A stretch of 64,000 nucleotides of DNA from Burkholderiaceae bacterium (GTDB lineage Bacteria; Pseudomonadota; Gammaproteobacteria; Burkholderiales; Burkholderiaceae_E): positions 1,157 through 65,156 of the forward strand of contig JAGXFG010000009.1 of NCBI GenBank assembly GCA_024637395.1, given 5' to 3'. Both the position numbers and the translations under genes were made by a program. The notes under the pieces are model-generated. The model worked only from the letters and a program-made list of their open reading frames with translations. It ran no database searches and was not told the origin of the DNA. Positions 6,248 to 15,557 of the stretch are shown one piece after another; positions within the stretch are counted from its first letter, which is position 1; each line of letters starts with the position of its first letter.

Positions 6248-7129
6248 CTATAGTCCGAGTTTGCGTTTGGCGAGGGCAATGGCGAGACGCTGCAAGGGGT
6301 TGCGGTTGCCGCCGGGTCGCCAGGTCAGCGCCAGCTTGTTGCGGTAGGCATCGAAGTGATAGCCCTTGGGGGCCGTCCGAACCGGGCCGCGGCCGAGGAG
6401 AATTTTCAGGGCTTCGGTTGCCGCCACGCCAGCGCAAAGCTGGCAGGCCATGGTGGTGGACGGGCCCTTGCGATTGGCCAGATCAACTGCGGAGGGGTCG
6501 GCCAAGTAGCCCATTTGCAGGCGGGCAGGCGCAAGCCCCATGAGGAAACGCATGGGCATTTCCTCCTCGGGGCCGTCGTCCAGGCGAAAATAATCACTAA
6601 AACTCATGCCGCCCGGCAAAAAATTGAGCACCGCCGCGCCCATTCCAAGAGGGGCTGCGGTGACGGCGGGGATACCTTTTGCCGCACATGCGGCAAAGAC
6701 CTGCTGGCGAGCCTGAAAAGCGAAGAAATCCAGGCCATCGACGTAGAGGTCCACACCATCCAGAAAGGCATCCAGGTTGTCGCTTGTCACTCCGTCGGCA
6801 AATTCCTTGATTTCAAGCTCGGGATTGATGTCGCGCGCCTGGCGGGTCATGACATCCATCTTGCCCAAGCCCAAGGTGCTGACCATCGCTCCGGCCTGAC
6901 GATTGAAATTCGTCAGATCGAAGGTATCGAACTCGGCCAGATGAAATTTGCCTACGCCCAGCCGACAAAGCGTTAGCAGGTGTATCCCGCCCACGCCACC
7001 CAGCCCGGCAATCGCCACCCGTTTGTGGCGCAACTGTTGCTGCTCCGGCTGGGTCAGCCAGCCGAAGTTGCGGGAAAAAGCTTCATCATAGGTAAAGGAT
7101 TGCATATGATCAAACCATATTGAATGCAT
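6248..7129 (-). CDS. ThiF/MoeB/HesA-family E1-like adenylyltransferase
   Basis: KRVAIAGLGGVGGIHLL (a Rossmann GxGxxG) is followed by NFNRQ and a DGLD motif. No CxxC zinc pairs are present. The start may instead be the second Met at 7105 (MQSFTYDEAFSRNFGW). Confidence 0.85.
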   Translation of the reverse strand: MHSIWFDHMQSFTYDEAFSRNFGWLTQPEQQQLRHKRVAIAGLGGVGGIHLLTLCRLGVGKFHLAEFDTFDLTNFNRQAGAMVSTLGLGKMDVMTRQARDINPELEIKEFADGVTSDNLDAFLDGVDLYVDGLDFFAFQARQQVFAACAAKGIPAVTAAPLGMGAAVLNFLPGGMSFSDYFRLDDGPEEEMPMRFLMGLAPARLQMGYLADPSAVDLANRKGPSTTMACQLCAGVAATEALKILLGRGPVRTAPKGYHFDAYRNKLALTWRPGGNRNPLQRLAIALAKRKLGL

Positions 7130-7575
7130 TCGTTTCGCGCGAGATCTAGAAGGATTCAGCGCATTTTCTTAAACGGCCAAGTACGAATCACGCGTTGGAG
7201 TCCGTGCTGGGCAGCGCCAGAGAACTTGCTATTTGTCAATAAGCCGGCAACATCACCCGCTTTGGCGTGGGTTTCAGTCTTATCTAAACTGTATTGCCAA
7301 CCGCATGAGCGGCCTTAATCAGGGTATCGAGCTAGATGGATAGATTGCCGGGGCGAAGAACAAAGCCGGAATTTTCTTGCTTGAAGGCATGCGAGACTGT
7401 ACCTTTTGTAGTACTTTTAAAATAAAATTATTAATAAGCTTGTACATCGGCAAAGTCTGCTCGGTGTGACGGGCGTAGTCAACCTTTGCACCGGATTGAC
7501 TTGCCTGCCATCATGTTCTGGACACCCCGCTTAAGCCTGTGATTCAGCGCCACCCTTTCTTAAACTAGGCTTGGC

Positions 7576-7722
7576 ATGACGGACGCCACCCACTAACGAA
7601 TTTGCCCCCTGTGCGAAGCCTGCTGTGGGCTGGAGATCAAGGTACAGGACGCTGTTGTCACCAGCGTCAAGGGGGACGCCCAAGACGTCCTCATCCAAGG
7701 CCCCCCCATGGGGTGGCGCTAG
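7576..7722 (+). pseudogene. N-terminal stub of a molybdopterin-dependent oxidoreductase gene (in-frame stop, then truncated)
   Basis: It translates as MTDATH*RICPLCEACCGLEIKVQDAVVTSVKGDAQDV.... This matches the Fe-S N-terminus pattern TH-Y-R-x-C-x-LCEA-x-CGL...V-x-S-I/V-x-GD-x-x-D of this family. TAA sits where Tyr is expected. Similarity ends about 40 codons in, and the rest of the gene is absent. Confidence 0.6.
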
Positions 7723-7729
7723 CGGCGCC

Positions 7730-8499
<770 letters not shown>

Positions 8500-8503
<4 letters not shown>

Positions 8504-9306
8504 GCCACAGCCTCGCTGCCGAGATAGCTCTCGAGCACCTTGGGGTCGGTGGTCACTTCCGCGGGGGTGCCGTTGGCGATGATCTCGCCGTGGTGGAGTA
8601 CGTAGACCCGGCCGGCGAGCGCCATCACGGCGCGCATCACGTGCTCGATCAGCAGGATGGTGACGCCGTGCTCGGCGTTCAGCTTGCGAAACGCCCGCAC
8701 CATGATGTCGGTCTCGGTCGGGCGCAGCCCGGCCATCACCTCGTCGAGCAGCAGCAGGCGCGGCTCGGTGGCGAGCGCGCGGGCGACCTCGAGGCGCTTG
8801 CGATCGGGCAGCGTCAGGCTGGCGGCCGGCCAGTGGCGCAGGCCCCACATGCCCAGCGCCTGCAGCGCCCCTCGGGCGCGCTCCTCGGCCAGGCCGGCAT
8901 CGGTGGTGCCGCGGAATCCGCCCACCATGGCATTTTCCAGCACCGACATGTCGGCAAACGGCTTGACGATCTGGAAGGTGCGCCCGATGCCGAGCGCGCA
9001 AACCTGGTCGGGGCGCAGCCCGGTCAGCTCGCGGCCGTCGAAACGGATGCTGCCGCTGTCGGGCGCAAAGGTTCCCGCCATCAGGTTGAAGAGCGTGGTC
9101 TTGCCCGCGCCATTGGGGCCGATCAGCGCGACGATTTCGCCCTGCGTGACCTCGAGCGAAGCCTTGGCGACGGCCCGCAGCCCGCGAAAGCTTTTCGATA
9201 CCGACGCGACGCGCAGCAGCGGTTCGTTGCCGGTTTCGCTGGCGCGCGGCAGCCCTTGGCCATCGGCCGCCGACTGACCAGGCGCCGGTCGGCGCTCACT
9301 CATCAT
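8500..9306 (-). CDS. Liv-type ABC transporter ATP-binding protein (LivG-like)
   Basis: Motifs are GPNGAGKTT, a LivG-type signature region and LLLLDEVMAG. The start MMSERR at 9306 overlaps the end of the permease gene. Confidence 0.93.
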
Positions 9307-10348
9307 CGCGCCCCCCCTTGGCCTCGAGTTCGGCGCGACTGCGGGCAAAGCCCAGACGGCGGGCCAGCGCCGGCCAGATGCCGTGGGGCATGAACATGAT
9401 CGACAGCGCCAGCGCCACCCCGTAGATGATCTGCTTGACCCCGGGGATCTCGAGATCAAAGGCCTCGAGAAGGTGGGTGATGCCCTCGGAGAGCAGGGTC
9501 AGCAGCGCGGCGCCGAGCACCGGGCCGAACAGGGTGCCGATGCCGCCGATGATCGGCGCCAGGATGATCTCGATCGAACGCGTCATCGAGAAGATCTGCT
9601 CGGGAAACAGGTTGTTGTAGTAGAAGGCGTAGAAGACGCCGGCCAGCGCGGTCAGTCCGGCCGAGATCTGGATCGCGAACATCTTGTAGCGGAAGGTGTT
9701 GACCCCGGCCGCCCGGGCCGCTTCCTCGTTGTCGCGAATGGCCCGGAAGTAGAAGCCGGCGCGGCTGCGCAGCAGCCAGGCCGAGATCAGGAACGCCACC
9801 ACCGCCATTCCGAGCGCGAGGTAGTAGAACATCCAGGGGCCGCCGCGCATGTTGAGCCAGTCGCGAGTTCCGCCCGGGACGACGCGCAGGAAGAACCCGC
9901 CCGACCCGCCGACCCATTGGAAATGATCGAAACCGATCCTGGTGAACTCGGCAAACGCGATGGTCAGCAGCGCGAAATAGGTGCCGCCGATGCCGAACCG
10001 GAATGCCAGCCAGCCGATCACCGAGGCGGCGAGCACGCACACCACCACCGCCGCCAGCATGCCGATCCACGGCACCACCGCGAAATGCTGGTAGAGCGCC
10101 GCGGCGGTGTAGGCGCCCAGCCCGACGTAGAGCGCGTGGCCCAGCGAAAGCTGGCCGCAAAAGCCCATCATGATGTTCCACGCCAGCCCGACGAAGGCCA
10201 GGAACAACACCATGATCATTATCGAGAGCACGTAGCGGTCGGCTACCAGCGGCACCACCGCGAGCAGCGCGAAGAGCGCCAGCAGCGCCAGGCGAGAACG
10301 CGCCGGAGAATCCACCCAGACGGCGCGCAGCGAAGAGCGGATCGCCAT
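9296..10348 (-). CDS. Liv-type ABC transporter permease (LivM-like)
   Basis: 350-aa polytopic membrane protein with the LivM-like core GQLSLGHALYVGLGAY. Confidence 0.92.
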   Translation of the reverse strand: MAIRSSLRAVWVDSPARSRLALLALFALLAVVPLVADRYVLSIMIMVLFLAFVGLAWNIMMGFCGQLSLGHALYVGLGAYTAAALYQHFAVVPWIGMLAAVVVCVLAASVIGWLAFRFGIGGTYFALLTIAFAEFTRIGFDHFQWVGGSGGFFLRVVPGGTRDWLNMRGGPWMFYYLALGMAVVAFLISAWLLRSRAGFYFRAIRDNEEAARAAGVNTFRYKMFAIQISAGLTALAGVFYAFYYNNLFPEQIFSMTRSIEIILAPIIGGIGTLFGPVLGAALLTLLSEGITHLLEAFDLEIPGVKQIIYGVALALSIMFMPHGIWPALARRLGFARSRAELEAKGGRDDE

Positions 10349-10360
10349 TGCCCAGCCCCC

Positions 10361-11230
10361 CTAGCTGCGCTTGCCGAACAGGCCCTGGGGCCTGATCGCC
10401 AGCACCAGGATCAGCAGCGCAAACGACAGCATGCTCTTGGCCGAGGGCGTTATCAGCAGCCCCGCCACCGACTCGGAAACCCCGATCAGCACCCCGCCGG
10501 CCAATGCGCCAACCATCGAGCCCAGCCCGCCGATGATCACGATGACGAACGCGAGCAGCGTGTAGGAAGGGCCCGACGACGGCGTCACATCCACCAGCAG
10601 CGTCAGCAGCACCCCGGCCACCCCGACGCAGGCGGTTCCCAGCCCGAAGGTCAGGCCATAGAGGTGGGGGACGTTGAGCCCGACGATACGGGCGCCTGCG
10701 AGGTTGTCGGCGCAGGCCCGGATGGCCTTGCCGAAACCGGTAAAGCGGAAGATCGCGAACAGCACGGCGCAGGCCCCGAGCGAGACTACCGCGCAGATCA
10801 CCCGCACCTTGTCGACCAGCATCCCGCCAATCTCGTAGGAGTCGAGCGAATAGTCGACCTGGATATTGCGTGCGTCAGGGCCGAAACCGACCAGCAGGAC
10901 GTTAACCAGCACCAGCGCCACGGCCAGCAGCAGCATGAACTGGGAATGTTCGGGCCGATTGATGAAGGGATTGATCAAACCGCGCTGCAGCACATAGCCG
11001 AGCCCGAAGAAGATCAGCGCCACCGGCGCGATCATCCACAAGGGGTCGATGCCGAAAGCGGCAAACGAAACAACCGCCAGATACATGGCCAGGGCCATCA
11101 GTTCGCCGTGGGCGAAGTTGACGATCCGCACCACGCCGAAGATCACCGACAGGCCGAGCGCCATCAGCCCGTAGACCAGGCCGGTCAGGAAGCCGTTGAG
11201 GATGATGTTGAGGACTACTTCAAAGGACAA
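10361..11230 (-). CDS. Liv-type ABC transporter permease (LivH-like)
   Basis: Contains ...ILNGFLTGLVYGLMALGLSVIFG...NFAHGELM. A probable TTG start at 11230 has GAGAG upstream. The track ORF starts at 11269. Confidence 0.9.
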   Translation of the reverse strand: MSFEVVLNIILNGFLTGLVYGLMALGLSVIFGVVRIVNFAHGELMALAMYLAVVSFAAFGIDPLWMIAPVALIFFGLGYVLQRGLINPFINRPEHSQFMLLLAVALVLVNVLLVGFGPDARNIQVDYSLDSYEIGGMLVDKVRVICAVVSLGACAVLFAIFRFTGFGKAIRACADNLAGARIVGLNVPHLYGLTFGLGTACVGVAGVLLTLLVDVTPSSGPSYTLLAFVIVIIGGLGSMVGALAGGVLIGVSESVAGLLITPSAKSMLSFALLILVLAIRPQGLFGKRS

Positions 11231-11349
11231 GGCAGGGCTCTCGTGGTCTGGTGGCGCGCGGCGCCTCAACTCGCCGCGGGAGAGAGCCAGGACTGGCCCC
11301 GGCCCTCTCCGTCAGCTCGATCGTGCGGATTATTGCCTGATCGTCGGCC

Positions 11350-12597
11350 TCAGCGGCGCTTATCCCACGCTGGCACCGGGAATACCGGGGCCTTGAGCGC
11401 CGCCGATTTCGGCAGCACCACTACCGGCAACCCGTCGCGGTTCTGGATGCAGGCCGAGGCGATCTGGGTGTTCTGGCCCTTGGCGTCGAAGCTGATCGGA
11501 CCACCGATCATCATCCGGTCGGCAATGTTGGTCTGGCGAATGGCGTTGGCCAGTGCCGTGCCGTCGGTGCTGCCGGCGCGCTTGAACGCGTCGGCGGCGA
11601 TCATCAGCGCCTCGAAGGTGAAGCCGACGTTGAGCGCATGGAACTGCAGGTTCTCCTTCGGAAACTGCTTCTTGAACGATGCTTCGACGCGCTGGGTGAG
11701 CGCCGCCTTGGGGTTGTACCAGGGGACGTTCGAGATGCAGTAGTCGGAATACCTGTTGCCCAGCGCCTTGAAGAATTGCGCCTCGTACATGCCGGGCGAG
11801 CCCGGGCTGATGATGCCCTGCGGCGACCAGCGCTGCTTGACCAGTTCGCGCACCAGCAGGATGCCATCGTTGAGCCGGCTGACCAGCATGATGAAGTCGG
11901 CGTTGGTCGCCTTGGCCTTGGCCACCTCGACCGAGAGGTCGCGGGCCGCCGGGTCATAGGAGATGGTATCCAACACCTTGAACGGCAGGAAGTCGAGCCG
12001 CGGCAGGATCCCGCCGATGCCGCGCGCCATCGATTGCCCGAAGGTGTCGTTGGCGTGCATGAACACCGCCGTGCGCGGCGCCGTGGCGGTGGCCTGGAAG
12101 AGGTCGCGCATCAGCGCCAGGCCGTTGCGGATCAGCTCGACCGCGGTCGGGAAATTGCGGAAGGTGTACTTGTAGCCCTGCTCGGTGATTTGCGGGGCGG
12201 CGGCGATATTGATGACAAACGGAATCTTGCGCTGCTCGGCCACCTGGGCAATCGCCGACGCCGCGCCCGAGTCGAACGGCCCGATCAGCAGCTGCGCGCC
12301 GTCATTGATCAGCTTCTCGGCCCTTGAGCGCGCCACCTCGACGTTGGTCTCGGTGTCGGCGTTCATCAGTTCGATATCGACTCCGTACATCTCGCGCAAC
12401 GGTCCGGGCGCGATGTCGGCGCCGAGCTGGCAGGACTGGCCGAGAAAGGCCTGGACCCCCGAGCGCGGCAGCAGCACCCCTACTTTCAGCTTCTTGCCCT
12501 GGGCCCGCACAATCGACGGCGCCAGCGCAGCGGTCGCGCCCACTGCGGCGCCACCGGCCGCCAGACGGTTGAACTCCCGACGTGTAAAGTCATTCAT
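11350..12597 (-). CDS. Periplasmic substrate-binding protein, Liv/amide-urea type, with a Tat-like signal
   Basis: MNDFTRREFNRLAAGGAAVGATAALAPSIVRAQG, then KLKVGVLLPRSG. The RBS GAGGAGG lies upstream. The 622-aa track ORF is an artefactual 5' extension. Confidence 0.92.
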   Translation of the reverse strand: MNDFTRREFNRLAAGGAAVGATAALAPSIVRAQGKKLKVGVLLPRSGVQAFLGQSCQLGADIAPGPLREMYGVDIELMNADTETNVEVARSRAEKLINDGAQLLIGPFDSGAASAIAQVAEQRKIPFVINIAAAPQITEQGYKYTFRNFPTAVELIRNGLALMRDLFQATATAPRTAVFMHANDTFGQSMARGIGGILPRLDFLPFKVLDTISYDPAARDLSVEVAKAKATNADFIMLVSRLNDGILLVRELVKQRWSPQGIISPGSPGMYEAQFFKALGNRYSDYCISNVPWYNPKAALTQRVEASFKKQFPKENLQFHALNVGFTFEALMIAADAFKRAGSTDGTALANAIRQTNIADRMMIGGPISFDAKGQNTQIASACIQNRDGLPVVVLPKSAALKAPVFPVPAWDKRR

Positions 12598-12626
12598 GCT
12601 CGTCCCCTCCTCGGTTCTCGGTTTGG

Positions 12627-14135
12627 TTATTTCTGCGTTTGCGCTTCTGCCCTCAATACCCGCTTGAGAATCTTGCCGGTCGCGCTCTTGGGCAACTCTG
12701 CCACAATTTCCACCTGCGCAGGAACCTTGTAGCTGGCGATGTTGCGGCTGCAGTAGTCGATCACCTGCTCCGGCGTCAGGGTTTGACCAGCCTTGACCAC
12801 CACCGCCACCGCGACCTGTTCGCCCTTGACGGGGTGCGGCACCCCATAGACCGCCACTTCCTGCACTCCCGGAATCTTGTAGAGATACTGCTCGACCTCG
12901 GCCGGCCAGACCTTGAAGCCGGAGACGTTGATCATGTCCTTGACCCGGTCGACGATGTAGACGAAGCCATCCTCGTCCATCCGCCCGATGTCGCCCGAGT
13001 GCAGCCAGCCGGTGCGCAGCGCGGCCGCGGTGTCTTGCGGCCGGCCCCAGTAGCCTTGCATCACGCCCGGGCCGCGGATCACGATCTCGCCCCAGGTGCC
13101 GTGCGGAACCGGCTGGTCCTGCTCGTCGAAGATCGACAACTCGAAGCCTTCGATGGCGCGCCCGACCGAGCCGAAGCGGTGCTCGTCGAGGTCGTTGTAG
13201 CAGGCGAAGGGCGAACACTCGGTCAGCCCGTAACCCTCGAAGATCCGGCGGCCGAAGCGCTCGTGCCAGCGCCGCGAAATTTCCTCCGGCATGGTGGCCG
13301 CGGCCGACATCTCGTAGCGCAGGCTGCCCAGATCGTAGCCGGAAAGATCGAGCGAGAGCAGGCCGATGAAGATCGTCGGCACGCCGAAGAACATCGTTAT
13401 GCCCTCTGCGGCGACCGCCTTGAGCACCACATCGGGGATGAAGCGCCGGAACAGCACCAGCGTCGCCCCGGCGAGCACGCAGGCGTTCATGATGTAGTTC
13501 TGCCCATAGACATGGAACAGCGGCAGGAAGCCGGCGAGCCGGTCGTCGGACCGGTAGCCCGAGTAGCGCGCGGCGCTGGCGATATTGGAGTGCAGGTTGG
13601 CCTGGGTCAGCGCGACACCCTTGGGAAAACCGGTGGTGCCCGAGGAATAGAGCAGCGCGGCCGGATCATCCGCCGCCCGCTCGACCAGTTCCGCCTCGCC
13701 ACTGGCGCCGGCGATCCAGTCGTCAAAGCCCGCCGTGCCCGCCGGGCGCGGCCCCGGACCGGCGATCAGGCGCTGCTCCAGCGCCGGACAATCGTCGGGA
13801 ACGAAACCGATCAGCTCGGCGGTGGTGACGACCACCCGCGCCCCCGAATCGTCGAGCAGGTAGCGCACTTCCTCGGTCTTGAAGATCGAGTTGATCGAGA
13901 CCGGGACGGCACCGATCGCCTGGATGCCGTAGTAGGCGATCAGGAACTCGGGGATGTTCGGCAAATAGATCGCCACCCGGTCTCCCGGGGCGATGCCGGC
14001 CGCAGCCAGCGCCGCGCCAAAGCGCCGGGCGCGGCGCGCCAGCTCGCCGTATGTGAGCGTTTCGCCCTCGAATCTAATCGCGGGACGCTCCGGCGTGGCC
14101 CGTGCGTGAGCCACCAGGTATTGCGCGAGATTCAT
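12627..14135 (-). CDS. AMP-dependent acyl-CoA synthetase/ligase
   Basis: Motifs are LLYSSGTTGFPKGV (the AMP-binding motif), GYGLTE and SGDIGRMDEDGF...DR.KD. The start MNLAQYL has GGGGGAGAG upstream. Confidence 0.93.
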   Translation of the reverse strand: MNLAQYLVAHARATPERPAIRFEGETLTYGELARRARRFGAALAAAGIAPGDRVAIYLPNIPEFLIAYYGIQAIGAVPVSINSIFKTEEVRYLLDDSGARVVVTTAELIGFVPDDCPALEQRLIAGPGPRPAGTAGFDDWIAGASGEAELVERAADDPAALLYSSGTTGFPKGVALTQANLHSNIASAARYSGYRSDDRLAGFLPLFHVYGQNYIMNACVLAGATLVLFRRFIPDVVLKAVAAEGITMFFGVPTIFIGLLSLDLSGYDLGSLRYEMSAAATMPEEISRRWHERFGRRIFEGYGLTECSPFACYNDLDEHRFGSVGRAIEGFELSIFDEQDQPVPHGTWGEIVIRGPGVMQGYWGRPQDTAAALRTGWLHSGDIGRMDEDGFVYIVDRVKDMINVSGFKVWPAEVEQYLYKIPGVQEVAVYGVPHPVKGEQVAVAVVVKAGQTLTPEQVIDYCSRNIASYKVPAQVEIVAELPKSATGKILKRVLRAEAQTQK

Positions 14136-14228
14136 CTCTCCCCCATTGGGGCCATTGCGGGTGCTCGCCCGCTGGTTCAACTCTGGGCGCCACCATAACC
14201 GGGAAACCCGGGTTTGCGCCAATCTTTT

Positions 14229-14897
14229 TTAGTCGGCCGTGGCCAGGTGGCCATCGGCAATCAGGCAGGTGCGATCGGCGAATGACCGGGCCAGCTCCTG
14301 GTCGGGGTCGGCCAGCATGAGCGCCATCCCGTCCGAGCGCAATGTGCCCAGCGCGGCGTAGACCAGGTCGCGGGTCGGCTCGGACAGGCCCTGGGTGGGC
14401 TCGTCGAGCAGCAGCAGGCGCGGCACGCTCATCAAGCAGCGTCCGATGGCCAGCAACTGCTGTTCGCCGCCCGAGAGCGTCCCGGCGATCTGGGCGCGCC
14501 GCTCGGCCAGCTTTGGAAAAAGGCTATAGATCCGCTCGTAGAGCGCGCTCGCCTGGGCGCGGGCCCGCGCAATGCTGGCCCCGGCCCTGAGATTGTCGAC
14601 CACGGTGAGCGCGGGAAAGATCTGTCGTCCCTCCGGTACCAGCATGATGCCAAGATTGCAGACCTTGGCCGAGTCGAGCCCGGCGATCTCGGTGCCGTCG
14701 AACCGGATCGTGCCTCCGGCCGGCTTGATCAGGCCCGCGATCGCCGCGAGCAGCGTCGACTTGCCGGCGCCCTCCGCGCCGAACAGCGCCAGCGCCTCGC
14801 CAGCGGCCAGTTCCAGCGAGACATCCTCGAGGACAATGTGACGACCTTGGGCGACGCGCAGCCGGTTCACCACCAGCAGCGCCGCGCGAGCGCTCAC
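14229..14897 (-). CDS. Extra LivF-like ABC ATP-binding protein
   Basis: GAEGAGKST, LSGGEQQLL and LLLLDEPT are present, but LMLADPD replaces the usual LLVEQN motif. The GTG start overlaps the stop of the upstream transglycosylase gene (GTGA). Confidence 0.8.
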   Translation of the reverse strand: MSARAALLVVNRLRVAQGRHIVLEDVSLELAAGEALALFGAEGAGKSTLLAAIAGLIKPAGGTIRFDGTEIAGLDSAKVCNLGIMLVPEGRQIFPALTVVDNLRAGASIARARAQASALYERIYSLFPKLAERRAQIAGTLSGGEQQLLAIGRCLMSVPRLLLLDEPTQGLSEPTRDLVYAALGTLRSDGMALMLADPDQELARSFADRTCLIADGHLATAD

Positions 14898-15544
14898 CGC
14901 GCGGCCGTCCGCAAACTCTGGGGTCGGTATTGCCAGCGTTCCCAGGCACGCTGCACCAAGCGCGGATACTCGGCCCGGCCGAGGCTGCCGTTATAGCGTC
15001 CGAGCGCCCGGAACAGGTTGCCGCCTTCCTGGTCGAGGTAGTGGCGCAGGATCAAACAGCCGTAGCGCAGGTTCGCGGCCTCCTTGAAGAGCGCAGCACG
15101 ATTCCCGTCGCCGATCAGATCGGTCCAGAACGGCATCACCTGCATGTAGCCGCGCGCTCCCGCCGAGGACACCGCGTATTTGCGGAAATTGCTCTCGACC
15201 TCGATCAGTCCGAGCACCAGTTCGGGCTCGAGTCCGGCCCGCTGGGCTTCGTAGCGCACCGCGGTGAGGAACTCGACCCGCTGCCGATAGCTTGGTTTCC
15301 AGCGCCGCGGCAACTTGGCCGACATCTGGCTGAGCCAGTCGACCTTCTCGGTGACCGACGCGAAACGTGGTTCCGGATCGTCTTGCTCGGCGATTGCCGC
15401 TGCCAGCACGCTGCGCACCGACGCCGCCATTGGCTCATAGGCCTGTTCGCCTCCCCAGGCCGCGCCGCTCGCGCCCAGCGCGGCTGCCGCCAACCCGGCC
15501 GCCAGCGCGATGCTGGCGGCGATTGGGCGGGCGCGAGTCAGCAT
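14894..15544 (-). CDS. Lytic transglycosylase (SLT domain), secreted
   Basis: Signal peptide, then LIEVESNFRKYAVSSAGARGYMQVMP (catalytic Glu and the SLT motif). Confidence 0.9.
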   Translation of the reverse strand: MLTRARPIAASIALAAGLAAAALGASGAAWGGEQAYEPMAASVRSVLAAAIAEQDDPEPRFASVTEKVDWLSQMSAKLPRRWKPSYRQRVEFLTAVRYEAQRAGLEPELVLGLIEVESNFRKYAVSSAGARGYMQVMPFWTDLIGDGNRAALFKEAANLRYGCLILRHYLDQEGGNLFRALGRYNGSLGRAEYPRLVQRAWERWQYRPQSLRTAAR

Positions 15545-15557
15545 CGTGGCAACCCTC

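Noticed and set aside
9383-11743. 786-aa + strand ORF
   Set aside because: It lies antisense to the LivM/LivH-like permease genes. Its translation is low-complexity and rich in His, Arg, Gln and Asp, with no motifs. This is a typical open antisense frame in GC-rich DNA.
11350-13218. 622-aa version of the binding-protein ORF, and similar long 5' extensions of the ORFs at 7730..9001, 19501..20478, 22186..23097, 25302..26525 and 28917..30014
   Set aside because: In each case an internal start has a good RBS and/or a 4-nt overlap with the upstream gene, and it gives a protein with a normal N-terminus (signal peptide or conserved motif). The extensions overlap neighbouring genes.
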